A stretch of 16,951 bases of DNA from a virus, in IMG/VR virus record IMGVR_UViG_3300029887_000063; one strand, given 5' to 3'. Shown here piece after piece: positions 6,610 through 15,171 of the stretch. Under the pieces are notes generated by a model, which saw only the letters and a list, made by a program, of their open reading frames with translations, did no database searches and was not told the DNA's origin. The position numbers and the translations under genes were made by a program. Positions within the stretch are counted from its first letter, which is position 1, and the number at the start of each line of letters is the position of its first letter.

Positions 6610-8678
6610 TAGTTGCCCCGCTTCCTGTCGTAATCGCCGAGAATCTTCCTGATCTCGCGCGCCACGCCCTCACGGTCCACCGGAGCGTTGAACGTGACGT
6701 TCACCACGGTTCCGCCCACCGTGCCGCCGTTCATGCCGGCGTCCAGGCTGAGCCCTCCCATACGGCCGTTGATCCGTGAGATGGTGCGCCGCACGTCGGT
6801 GTCGAAACCGCTGCGCAAGCCCTTGGCGAAGCCCTGCATGATGAGACGGCCGTTATTGACGAGCATCACGGCGTCGTATTCCGGCGGTCCCTTGTGCTCG
6901 GTTATCCAGTCGCCGATGCCGGAAATCCAGCCCGTCACGGAATCCCACATGCTTTTCAGACCGTCAAGGAAACCGCTGATGATCGATGCGCCGGCGTTGT
7001 ACAGCAGGTGCCCCACATTGCCTATCGCGCCGGTGATACGTCCCGGAATGCCCTTGAACCACGCCACGACTGCATCCCACTTGTCGGTCGCGAACTGCGC
7101 TGCCGACTGGAAGAAGCCGCCAATCTTGCCCGGCAACGCCTGGAAGAATCCCACGATGTTGCCCACGCACGATCCCAGCCATGATGTGAACGACGCCCAT
7201 ATCTGACGGCCGGTCTCGGTCTGCGTGAAGAAGTAGACGAGAGCCGCCACCAGCGCGGCTATCGCGGTGATGACGATGACGATGGGGTTCGCGTTCATGG
7301 CCGCGTTCATGGCCCACTGCGCCACAGAAGCGGCCGTGGTCGCCATGCTGAATCCCTGCAACGCGGACACGACGGCGCTGATGGCCGAAGCGACCTTGAA
7401 CGCGGCGAAACCCGCCGCGATGCCCACAAGCGCGGACGCGACGGGTTCCGCATGCTCGGATACCCAGTCGCTGAACGCCGTGAGCTTGTCCGAAACCATG
7501 CCGACGATATCGGCAGCGCCGTTGAATGCGTCACCCAACGCCTGGCCGGCGCCGGACGCGCCGCCCATAGAATCCGCCAACGGCGTGAACTGGCCGATGA
7601 CGTCACCGGCCGCGCCGGCGAGGTTCTTGCACGCCTCCCACACCGCGCCGAAGATGTCCGCAGCGGCCTGCATCGGGCCGGTGTTCTGGAATGCGGCCAC
7701 GAACTCGCCGGCCTTCTGCTTCGCCGTATCGAACGCGCTCACCGCGTTGTCGCGGATGGTGAGCAGGAAATCAACGACGGGACTGTCTTCATCGATGTTG
7801 AACGCTTCGCGCAATTCGCTGCTGAAATCACCGTCACGCACGAGCTTTATCACGCCCTGCAATCCGGTCGTCGCCTTGCCGCTGAACGCGCTGATCTTGT
7901 CGGCGGCCACGGTCATGGCGCTGGTCACGGCCGGTTTGAACAGATTGAAAGCGTCCGTCAATCCGCCGGTTACTGCGGCCTCAAGATTGCCCAGCGCGCC
8001 TTCCATGGTCTGCGTGCTCGTGGCCGCTTCCTTGGCGACGTCGGTCATGCCCAGGTCCATGATGGCCTTGTTGAACTCGTCGGCCGTGATCTCGCCTTTT
8101 TCCATGGCCTCGCGGAAATTGCCCGTGTACGCGCCCGCGTTCAGCATGGCTTCCTGGAGCTTGCCGGCCGCGCCCGGTATGGCGTCTGTCAGCTGGTTCC
8201 AGTTCTCGGCCGTCAATTTCCCCGCGCCGGCGGTCTGCGTCATGACCATGGCGACGCTTTTGAACGTTTCGGCGTTGCCGCCGGCCACGGCGTTCAGGTT
8301 GCCGGCGGCTTCGGTGAGTCCGACGTAATCCTGGATGCCGTTGGCCGCGAGCTGCGCCGTGGTGTTCTGCACGGTGGTCAGGTCGTAGACGGTTTTGTCG
8401 GCGTATTCGCGCGTGGCCTTCGTCGCGGCCTCCACGGCGCTCGTGTCGAAGCCGGCGAAATTCATGGTGTTTTTGAACTTGTCCGTGGAATCGGACATGT
8501 CCATGACCGCGCTGGTGAAGCCCTTGAGCGTGTCCCACAACGCGGAAACGCCCTTGAGCGCCGCGCCGCCCATGAACGTGCCGAACGCGCTGGCCTTGGC
8601 CGTGACCTTGGACAATGCCTTCACCGCGTCGTCGCTGTTGCCAGTGATCCGCACGCTCATGATGGCGCTTTTACCCAC
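6609..8678 (-). CDS. Tail tape measure protein, 689 aa
   Basis: It is the largest real gene, Ala/Gly-rich and helical. It has a typical TMP core (LTAENWNQLTDAIPGAAGKLQEAMLNAG...ITADEFNKAIMDLG) and internal hydrophobic helices (PIVIVITAIAALVAALVYFF). The GTG start is 6 nt after GGAGGAGG. It follows the G/GT chaperones. Confidence 0.9.
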   Translation of the reverse strand: MGKSAIMSVRITGNSDDAVKALSKVTAKASAFGTFMGGAALKGVSALWDTLKGFTSAVMDMSDSTDKFKNTMNFAGFDTSAVEAATKATREYADKTVYDLTTVQNTTAQLAANGIQDYVGLTEAAGNLNAVAGGNAETFKSVAMVMTQTAGAGKLTAENWNQLTDAIPGAAGKLQEAMLNAGAYTGNFREAMEKGEITADEFNKAIMDLGMTDVAKEAATSTQTMEGALGNLEAAVTGGLTDAFNLFKPAVTSAMTVAADKISAFSGKATTGLQGVIKLVRDGDFSSELREAFNIDEDSPVVDFLLTIRDNAVSAFDTAKQKAGEFVAAFQNTGPMQAAADIFGAVWEACKNLAGAAGDVIGQFTPLADSMGGASGAGQALGDAFNGAADIVGMVSDKLTAFSDWVSEHAEPVASALVGIAAGFAAFKVASAISAVVSALQGFSMATTAASVAQWAMNAAMNANPIVIVITAIAALVAALVYFFTQTETGRQIWASFTSWLGSCVGNIVGFFQALPGKIGGFFQSAAQFATDKWDAVVAWFKGIPGRITGAIGNVGHLLYNAGASIISGFLDGLKSMWDSVTGWISGIGDWITEHKGPPEYDAVMLVNNGRLIMQGFAKGLRSGFDTDVRRTISRINGRMGGLSLDAGMNGGTVGGTVVNVTFNAPVDREGVAREIRKILGDYDRKRGN

Positions 8679-9101
8679 GGTCCACCTCCTCCATGTGTTC
8701 TATCTCGTCCTGCAATAACCTCATGCCGGTGCCCCAATCGAGTTCGCTGGCCTCATGCCTCCATGCCCACGGCGTGCCGCCGAAACGGGCCGCGAGCAGG
8801 AACGACAGCATGCCCAGCGAATCGTCGGGCCACTCGGCTAGACGGTAGGGTTTTCAGCGGTCGGCGTCTCCACGTCGATGTCGTCCACCTCTTCCAGCCA
8901 CTGCGCGTAAGGCATGGTGGTGTTGCCCGCGTATCGTTGCGCCAGATACGCCATGTAGTACGACTGGCGAATCTTGGATGCCTCGCCCGGCGCCCATCCC
9001 TCCTTCTGCGCGTGCTCCTCCGCCGACGTGATGACGCGCGGCGTCAACGGCGCTTCGTCCACATGCCCGTCGGTGTACGTGACTTTCGCTGTGCTTCGCA
9101 T
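8671..9101 (-). CDS. Tail assembly chaperone GT-like fusion produced by -1 programmed ribosomal frameshift
   Basis: The -1 frame opens exactly at the slippery site and runs 59 protein-like codons (KPYRLAEWPDDSLGMLSFLLAARFGGTPWAWRHEASELDWGTGMRLLQDEIEHMEEVDRG) to the TAA at 8671..8673. It has no start codon or RBS of its own. It ends 8 nt inside the TMP gene. Confidence 0.7.
8838..9101 (-). CDS. Tail assembly chaperone, G-like (87 aa, zero-frame product)
   Basis: Small acidic protein located between the tail genes and the TMP. GGGAG lies 8 nt upstream of the ATG. A slippery heptamer lies 4 codons before its stop. Confidence 0.75.
   Translation of the reverse strand: MRSTAKVTYTDGHVDEAPLTPRVITSAEEHAQKEGWAPGEASKIRQSYYMAYLAQRYAGNTTMPYAQWLEEVDDIDVETPTAENPTV
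8847..8853 (-). promoter_or_regulatory. -1 frameshift slippery heptamer A_AAC_CCT
   Basis: The minus strand reads gct gaA AAC CCT acc gtc tag. This is the canonical X_XXY_YYZ form. After slippage the tRNAs re-pair on AAA and CCC. Confidence 0.7.
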
Positions 9102-9104
9102 GAT

Positions 9105-9488
9105 CTAGGCTCCCTTGATCTGGTTCATGGTCTTCTTCACGAACGTTTCGTATTCCTTCGCCCATTGGCTCTCTGTCGATGCCACGGCGTCGTTCACGAA
9201 CGTTCTCGGTCTGATGTTGCGCGCCGGCCAGCCGTAATTGATCGGGCCCGCATACGGCACGGTCTTGCGGCCGGCGCGGATGATACCGGCCTTCTGCGTG
9301 GCGCCGGCGCGGATGGAACCGGCCAGTCTGCCGGTCTTGCCGCGTGGCGCGCGGGCCACCGCCTCGGGTTTTGCGATGTCGGCGGCCCTGCGGTTGACTT
9401 CCTTGAGCTCCTGCATATCCGCGCCGGCCTTGCGCATGGTCTGAACGAAACGCTTCTGGCCGACGACGTACAGGGCCTTGTCCGCCAT
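9105..9488 (-). CDS. HK97 gp10-family head-tail joining (neck) protein, 127 aa
   Basis: The pattern typical of the gp10 family is readable: APRGKTGRLAGSIRAG...GRKTVPYAGPINYGWPARNIRPRTFV. Confidence 0.7.
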   Translation of the reverse strand: MADKALYVVGQKRFVQTMRKAGADMQELKEVNRRAADIAKPEAVARAPRGKTGRLAGSIRAGATQKAGIIRAGRKTVPYAGPINYGWPARNIRPRTFVNDAVASTESQWAKEYETFVKKTMNQIKGA

Positions 9489-9490
9489 GT

Positions 9491-9913
9491 TCAGACGCTC
9501 GGCTTCGTGTACGCGCTGGCCTTCACGCCGGTGGCGGAGAACTCGAAATCCTTCTTGTTCTTCGTCTTCACGTCACCGCCGAACGCGATTGGCGCTATGG
9601 TCACGGTCATGTCGAGCTGGAGCGCGCCGGACGTGTTCGGGATGAACTTCGCGGGCTTGGTCTCGCCCGCATTGTTCAGGCAATACACCTGCGCGCCGTT
9701 CATGCTGAAGTCCTCGCCGATGCTTCCCGACAGCTTCCACGACGTGCTGAGCGCGCCGCCCTCCTCGTGGCCGTCCAGGTACGTGTCGGGGTCCTCGCTG
9801 GAATTGTCCGGCGACAGTTCCACGCTCGTGCAATCGACGTCCAGCTTGTACTGGTCGTCTGAGGAGCCGATGACCAGGCTTCCCGGTCCCAGGGTACGGA
9901 TTTTGTCCGCCAT
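9491..9913 (-). CDS. Putative major tail (tail tube) protein, 140 aa
   Basis: GAAAGGAA RBS. The protein looks beta-rich, with the N-terminus MADKIRTLGPGSLVIG and ...KFIPNTSGALQLDMTVTIAPIAFGG. Size and position fit a short tail tube protein. The assignment rests on position and general resemblance only. Confidence 0.55.
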   Translation of the reverse strand: MADKIRTLGPGSLVIGSSDDQYKLDVDCTSVELSPDNSSEDPDTYLDGHEEGGALSTSWKLSGSIGEDFSMNGAQVYCLNNAGETKPAKFIPNTSGALQLDMTVTIAPIAFGGDVKTKNKKDFEFSATGVKASAYTKPSV

Positions 9914-9930
9914 GATGGTTGTTCCTTTCG

Positions 9931-10296
9931 TTAGATTTCATTGAGTGTGATCTGGTAGGCCGCGAGCGTCGCGTCTCCACGCGTGAAGCCGACGGGCTCG
10001 GCCGATGTGACAGGCAGCGCGGACGCCGCGAGCCGGTCCATCGCGGCCAGTAGCAGCGGCAGCGCGGACGCCTGCGCCCAGGGACTGCCGGCGACGAACA
10101 CGAGCCGCACCGATAGTTCGTTTTCCGCGCCCGCGTAGGGCCATGCCACTTCGGGGGGTTTGACCCATACGCAGACCTTGCCGCGTGGCGGCTTCACCTC
10201 GGTCTCGTCGATGGTGACGTGTTCCACGAGGTCGCCGCACGCGCCGGCCACCTGTTCCATGAGCGCGTCGATCTTGCCGGTGATGGTGTTTGTCAT
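9931..10296 (-). CDS. Head-tail joining / tail terminator-like protein, 121 aa
   Basis: The internal ATG at 10296 overlaps the connector stop (ATGA). It lies between the gp6-like connector and the tail tube. No diagnostic motif is visible. Confidence 0.45.
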   Translation of the reverse strand: MTNTITGKIDALMEQVAGACGDLVEHVTIDETEVKPPRGKVCVWVKPPEVAWPYAGAENELSVRLVFVAGSPWAQASALPLLLAAMDRLAASALPVTSAEPVGFTRGDATLAAYQITLNEI

Positions 10297-10619
10297 GCAA
10301 TCCCCATTCCCGCGAGCACGCCGGCGGCGCGGAGCTTCGGCCAGGCGGCGCGCAACGGGTCGGCGGAGACGCGGAACGGTTCGATGGCGTCGCTGTCCAC
10401 GTTCATCACGCCGTTGCGCGCGTCCTTCTGGTTGAACAGGTCGGCGGCGACCGCCAGCACGCAATCGGACTGGATCAGGTCGGGCACCGTGTCCCACGTC
10501 TCGCCCAGGTTCGTCGACAGGTAGGCGCGCGCCGTCGCCAGACAGTCGTCGGCGCGCGTCTCGTCGTCGCTGCCGATGACGTTCATCATCGACAGGAACT
10601 TGTCATGCAACTGGTCCAT
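10293..10619 (-). CDS. gp6-like head-tail connector protein, 108 aa
   Basis: It lies immediately after the capsid gene. The sequence resembles the gp6-like family (TARAYLSTNLGETWDTVPDLIQSDCVLAVAADLFNQKDARNG). Confidence 0.7.
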   Translation of the reverse strand: MDQLHDKFLSMMNVIGSDDETRADDCLATARAYLSTNLGETWDTVPDLIQSDCVLAVAADLFNQKDARNGVMNVDSDAIEPFRVSADPLRAAWPKLRAAGVLAGMGIA

Positions 10620-10629
10620 GTGCGCCTAC

Positions 10630-12204
10630 TCAGGCGGTGGCCTTCGGACCCAACGGCATGACGCCGCCGGTGAACACGGTCGCGAACGCCGCGTAACCGT
10701 ACACGCTGTAATTGGAAAGCAGTTTCGTGGTGTCGTCCTGCTGGAGCTGGAACGGGCCGCCGGCCTCCCACATCTGCAACGCGGTCGGGTCGATGAACGC
10801 GGCCGTGTTCGCGGCGGCACCCGGCACCATCTGCACGGGGACGGACAGCATGCGGCCGGTGATGCCGGTAAGGCTCAGGCTGCCGAGCTTGTCCACGCCC
10901 TCGCCGGAAACGTCCATGAGCGCGTCGCCGCTGCGCGTGATCTTCGCCATCTTGTCAAATACGTCCTTGCTGACCGCGAGCGTGCCGAGCTGCGCGCCTC
11001 GGCCGTCCGCCGCCTCGGCCGCGTTGATGATGACGGTAATCCACTGGTCGGCGGTGAGCGCGCTCACGGCCGCCGGCGTCTCCAGCTTGTTCGTTGCGGC
11101 GCCGGTGATGGCGGCAGTCAGCTGCGCGCGGGCCGCCGCCTCCACCGCGTTGCTGTAAGCGATGGTGAGCGCGCGGAGCGCGGTATCGAGCGCGGGCGTG
11201 TTGCTGCGTTCGATGACCTGGCGCGACAGCGGCGCGTAACCTCCATAGGTCTTCACGGCGGCGGTCGCGCTCGTGAGCGTGATTTTGCCGGTGGTCAGGG
11301 CCTCGCCCTCGGCCGTCTGTTCGGCCACCTTCAGCGTGTTAGAGCCGAGCTTGAGATATTCCAGCGTCATGCCGGTGGCCGGCAGCGCGGCATGCTGGAA
11401 CAGGTTCGCGACGCTACGGCGCGACTGGATGAGCTTGATCTGGTCGGCGACCCACTCGTTAGTGTTGTTCGTGTCGGAGCTGGAAATCAGGTCGCGGGCC
11501 TCGCGCATGAACTCATACGCGGTGTCGTCGCCGGCCGCAAGCGCCTTCGCGAACTCGCCGGCCGAACGGTATTGGCCACCGATGACGTGCGGCGGGTCCG
11601 GCTTCTGCCGGCCGATGGTGTCCGCGAGCGAACGGATCTGCATTTCGAGCTGGTCGAAACGCGATTCCGTCGCCGGCTGCTGTTCGTTTTCCACTGTTTC
11701 CTCCTTGGTGTCGGTTTCCTGGTTGACGTGTTCCTGGTCCCGTTGGCCGGTGATGGCCGCGCCCGTGTACGCGGGTATGCCGGTGACGGCGACCTCAAGC
11801 AGTTTCACGGCGCGCCGCACGTACACGCTCGTGTCGCCCTCGGTGCGCTTGTCGGTGGTCACGGGCATGAAGCCCACGCTGAACGAATCAAGCACGCCGT
11901 CGCGGATCAGCTGCACGGCGTCGCGACCCTCGGCCGTGTCGCTGATTGACGCGGTGATGTGCAATCCGTCGGCCTCGCGCGTCGCGTTCGTGACCTTGCC
12001 GATGAGACGGCCGTGGTCACGGCTCAACTTGGTGCGTGTCGTGTCGCCGAAATCGCAATCCGGCGCGAACTCCTCGGCCGCGCCGCGCCACAATCCGATG
12101 CGTTGGCCGAACGGCACGGCGATGCCCTCGATGCGGGTACCGTCGCCCTGGTCCTCGCGTAGCTCGATGCCCTTCACGGTGATGGTGCGTACCTCTTCGC
12201 TCAT
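10630..12204 (-). CDS. Fused HK97-family prohead protease (S78) and HK97-fold major capsid protein, 524 aa
   Basis: The ATG at 12204 is preceded by GGAGG and overlaps the portal stop (ATGA). The N-terminal ~165 aa carry S78-like blocks (IEGIAVPFGQ, VLDSFSVGFMPV, LLEVAVTGIPAYTGA). An acidic linker (DQEHVNQETDTKEETVENEQQPATE) follows. Next come a coiled-coil delta-like segment (SRFDQLEMQIRSLADTIGRQ) and about 330 aa of capsid-like sequence. There is no internal stop or RBS. Confidence 0.8.
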   Translation of the reverse strand: MSEEVRTITVKGIELREDQGDGTRIEGIAVPFGQRIGLWRGAAEEFAPDCDFGDTTRTKLSRDHGRLIGKVTNATREADGLHITASISDTAEGRDAVQLIRDGVLDSFSVGFMPVTTDKRTEGDTSVYVRRAVKLLEVAVTGIPAYTGAAITGQRDQEHVNQETDTKEETVENEQQPATESRFDQLEMQIRSLADTIGRQKPDPPHVIGGQYRSAGEFAKALAAGDDTAYEFMREARDLISSSDTNNTNEWVADQIKLIQSRRSVANLFQHAALPATGMTLEYLKLGSNTLKVAEQTAEGEALTTGKITLTSATAAVKTYGGYAPLSRQVIERSNTPALDTALRALTIAYSNAVEAAARAQLTAAITGAATNKLETPAAVSALTADQWITVIINAAEAADGRGAQLGTLAVSKDVFDKMAKITRSGDALMDVSGEGVDKLGSLSLTGITGRMLSVPVQMVPGAAANTAAFIDPTALQMWEAGGPFQLQQDDTTKLLSNYSVYGYAAFATVFTGGVMPLGPKATA

Positions 12205-13322
12205 AATGTGACCTCCTGCGGTGTGGTCTGGTTGATCGGCGCCCATCCCTCACGGGCGCGCGCCTCGTCCACCGTCATGAATCCGGCGGATATGGCGGTC
12301 TGGTAGGCGCTGTAACGGGTGTTCGTGTCGGAACGATGCAACGAATCCCAGTCGGGCATGCACCATTGCCCCTCAGGCAGCAGCGACGTGAGGGCCTCGC
12401 AAATCTCGTCAGCGTAGGCCGACAAAGTGTATTCCGCGAACGTGAGCCACTCTTGCTCGATGTTCGAGTAGGTCAGCGAAGTGCCTTCCACCTTCGCGAG
12501 CATCAACGACGCCGGGATGCCCAACAGGCGGGCTATCTGCGTGGTGTTGAACTGCTGGGACTCGATGAATTGCAGGTCTTCGGGGCTCAACGCCAACGGC
12601 GTGTAGTCCAGGCCCTTGCCGAGCACGCGCACGCCGCCGGCGCCGCCCTTCGCCCACCGTTCGCTAGCGGTCCTCGCGTCCTGGTCGCTTAATATCTGGT
12701 CGCTTTTCAGGATGCCGGCGGGCCGCGCCGTGTTGTCCAACCAGTTCGATGCGTAGGCGCGAGTGTCCTGCGCTCCCTCGATCTCCTCGCGGGCCGCGCT
12801 GATAGGGCCCATGCCGCGCAAACGGCCGGCCACGTTCAACAGCTTCAGATGCACGATGCGGTCGGCGCCGTAGTCCACGCCACGGTACGAGTAGCGCAAG
12901 CGCGGGTTAGCCGGGTCCATGTTCAGGTCAGTGACGGTCACGAGCTGGGGTGGCAGACTGCGCACTCCCACGAGCACGCCGGCCGCCTCGACCTTGAGCA
13001 GGAACGCGTTACCGTTCAACGCGAGAGCGGAAACGAGGTCGCCGAACAGGTCGCGGCGGCTACGGTTCAGGTCGGGCCGGGTGATGAGCGTGCTCGGCCG
13101 CATGCGCGAGCCGTCCGGCGCGTACTGGATCAGCGGCAGCTTGCTGACCGCCGTCTCGATGATCTGCACGCCGCGAAATACGGTGGACAACGCCAGCGGG
13201 TCATGCGACGTGGACAATCGCGGCGGCAATGTCGGCGCGTCCGCTTCCTCCACGTCGTCCGTCGTCTGCGCCGCGCGAAGCAACAGGGCGGCGGTGTTGG
13301 AGATGCGGGAAATGAAGCTCAT
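12201..13322 (-). CDS. Portal protein (HK97 family), 373 aa
   Basis: It lies between terL and the protease. Size and sequence blocks fit the family (ALNGNAFLLKVE, ...QQFNTTQIARLLGIPASLM...). Confidence 0.85.
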   Translation of the reverse strand: MSFISRISNTAALLLRAAQTTDDVEEADAPTLPPRLSTSHDPLALSTVFRGVQIIETAVSKLPLIQYAPDGSRMRPSTLITRPDLNRSRRDLFGDLVSALALNGNAFLLKVEAAGVLVGVRSLPPQLVTVTDLNMDPANPRLRYSYRGVDYGADRIVHLKLLNVAGRLRGMGPISAAREEIEGAQDTRAYASNWLDNTARPAGILKSDQILSDQDARTASERWAKGGAGGVRVLGKGLDYTPLALSPEDLQFIESQQFNTTQIARLLGIPASLMLAKVEGTSLTYSNIEQEWLTFAEYTLSAYADEICEALTSLLPEGQWCMPDWDSLHRSDTNTRYSAYQTAISAGFMTVDEARAREGWAPINQTTPQEVTL

Positions 13323-13371
13323 GCGGCCGATTCAACCGCCCGCCGGCGCGCCACGCCGAAACCGGCGTATA

Positions 13372-13411
13372 AGAACATCGCAGAACGTCTAAAAACGTCA
13401 TAGAACGTCTA
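13372..13411. repeat. Four tandem, helically phased 10-bp units AGAACATCGC / AGAACGTCTA / AAAACGTCAT / AGAACGTCTA
   Basis: Read directly. Units 2 and 4 are identical, and the core AACnTC recurs every 10 bp. The last unit contains the terL stop codon. The hairpin ACGCCG-aaac-CGGCGT at 13353..13368 lies adjacent. Confidence 0.8.
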
Positions 13412-14860
13412 ACCGAAAATCTGCAACGGCGCGGCCGGCTGCGCGTGAAGCGAAGCGGTGACCGCGAGTTGCGCGGCCTCAAGCGCGTTAATCGCCTGTT
13501 CGCTGTTGCGGCGCGACAGCACCCAACTGTCGGCGACCCACCGGCGCACCGCGACGGCGGCAGCGTCGTCCAGCGCCGGATCAGGCACGTGCAACACCTG
13601 GCGTTGCATGAGCCGGTCAAGCATGAGCACGCCGGCCGCGACTATCTCCGTGTTGCCGATATCCGACAACCGGTATTCCGGCGTGCCGTCCGCCGCGACC
13701 TCATGCAACCGGTCGGCCAACGGCGCGGACGGGCCGCGCCGGTCTATGGCTATCGGCGCGCCGCCATACCGTGATTGCAGGTCGGCCAGCCGTTCGGCCG
13801 CGCCGGCGGTGCCCGGCAGCACGTCCACGATCTGCACGACGGTGACGCCATCGCGCCGGCACGCGGCGGCTATCGCGGTCGATTCCGATTCCATGCCGAC
13901 CGCGACGCCGAACGCGAGCGTGTCCAGGTCGAGCGCCGACAGGTCGAGCGGCGCGGTCTCGGTCTCCGTCCACAAGGCGGCGGGGTAGACGCGTTCGGTG
14001 CTGGACGTGTCACGGAGATTGCAGAACGCGCGCCGCCAGCCGGCCGGGTCGTCCGCGAACTGGTCGCGAAAGTCCTTGAGCTGCCGACGGTCGAACAGGT
14101 AGCCGCAACCCGGGTGCGCGCTGGCTACGGCGTCCAGGTCCTCGCTGTCCTTCGCGGGGTCAAGCCCCCAATCGAAGAACGCCCAACGTTTCGGGATGTC
14201 GCCGGCACGGCACCGGTCCAGAAGCGCGTTGTAATACTCGCTTTCGGCCGTGCCCTCCGTGCTTGTGATCCACAATTGCGGACGGACGCCCGTGGCCCTC
14301 ATGCGCGTGGTCGTCGTCGGGATAAAGCCATCCAGAATCTGCTTGGCCTGGAGCGCCGACAACGCCCACACCTCATCGAGGTTGATGAAATCGCCCTGGA
14401 AACCGTGGCCGCTGCTTTCGGTCATGCTGCCCGGCCGCAACGTGCTGCCGTTGACGAGCGGCAGCGCCATGCTGCCGTTGCTCATGCGCGGGTTCCCGTC
14501 GATCAGCGCCGCCAGAGGGGAGCGCACCACGCTTTTAATCAGCTTGCGAAACTGTTCGTTGCTATCCTTACCGGTCTGCGCGAGATACCACACCTCACGG
14601 TCGGGTCCAAGCAGCGCGTTACGCACCTGCTCGGCCTTGCTTATCGTCGTCTTGCCCGCCTGGCGTTGAACGGACACAATAACGCGGTCGTAGTAGTACG
14701 TGCCCGTTTCCGGGTCCAGCTCACCGGCCACGTCCGCTACCTGGCGTTGCCATGGGATCAGCGGCTGACCCAACGCGGCGGAGATGCGCGCCACCTTGCC
14801 GCCGTCCGTCTCACGCGAAGGGTCGCGCGGGGTCGCGTGGCGCGCCGGTGCCGGCCTCAC
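13409..14860 (-). CDS. terL: Terminase large subunit
   Basis: Walker A QRQAGKTT, Walker B-like DFINLDEVW, and an N-terminal LGQPLIPWQRQV motif. Length is typical. I place the start at GTG 14860, which overlaps the terS stop (GTGA). The track's upstream extension to 15028 is Arg/Pro/His junk overlapping terS. An alternative GTG lies near 14800. Confidence 0.9.
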   Translation of the reverse strand: MRPAPARHATPRDPSRETDGGKVARISAALGQPLIPWQRQVADVAGELDPETGTYYYDRVIVSVQRQAGKTTISKAEQVRNALLGPDREVWYLAQTGKDSNEQFRKLIKSVVRSPLAALIDGNPRMSNGSMALPLVNGSTLRPGSMTESSGHGFQGDFINLDEVWALSALQAKQILDGFIPTTTTRMRATGVRPQLWITSTEGTAESEYYNALLDRCRAGDIPKRWAFFDWGLDPAKDSEDLDAVASAHPGCGYLFDRRQLKDFRDQFADDPAGWRRAFCNLRDTSSTERVYPAALWTETETAPLDLSALDLDTLAFGVAVGMESESTAIAAACRRDGVTVVQIVDVLPGTAGAAERLADLQSRYGGAPIAIDRRGPSAPLADRLHEVAADGTPEYRLSDIGNTEIVAAGVLMLDRLMQRQVLHVPDPALDDAAAVAVRRWVADSWVLSRRNSEQAINALEAAQLAVTASLHAQPAAPLQIFG

Positions 14861-15171
14861 TGCGCCATGTCCTTGAGCAGCTGCGCGAGGTCGCCGGCCT
14901 TCGCGGACGTTTCGGACGGCTGCAACCGGTCGATGGTCTCGTTGTAGCTCGTGACCATGCGGGAGATGTCGCGGCCCTTGCGACACAGGCGGTCGATGGT
15001 GCGGGCGCACGTGAGCAGCAGCGTACACAGGGCGCGCCGTTGCGGCGTCAGCTGCGCGGCGTCCTGCAACAGCTCGGTGACGAGCTCCTTGGTCGAGCTG
15101 GTCAGCGGGTTGGTCAGCTCGTCGCTGTCCTCCATGCCCGGAAGTGTCATCTGCTTGTCGTTGTCGTCCAT
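14857..15171 (-). CDS. terS: Putative terminase small subunit, 104 aa
   Basis: It lies directly upstream of terL and is coupled to it. The ATG at 15171 is preceded by GGAG with an 8-nt spacer. It is a small helical acidic protein. The assignment is positional. Confidence 0.6.
   Translation of the reverse strand: MDDNDKQMTLPGMEDSDELTNPLTSSTKELVTELLQDAAQLTPQRRALCTLLLTCARTIDRLCRKGRDISRMVTSYNETIDRLQPSETSAKAGDLAQLLKDMAQ

Noticed and set aside
7452-9944. Longest ORF in the window (830 aa, + strand)
   Set aside because: It is antisense to the tape measure, chaperone, gp10-like and tube genes. Its composition is dominated by Arg/Gly/Ala/His, as expected for the reverse frame of high-GC coding DNA. 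It has no RBS and no recognisable motif, so I treat it as a shadow ORF. The same reasoning applies to + strand ORFs 10576..11949, 11273..12211, 13775..14947, 14951..16162, 7267..8328 and 5282..5875.
13409-15028. Full-length 539-aa version of the terminase large subunit ORF
   Set aside because: The first ~56 codons are Arg/Pro/His-rich and overlap terS out of frame. A GTG overlapping the terS stop (GTGA at 14857-14860) gives a conventional coupled start.
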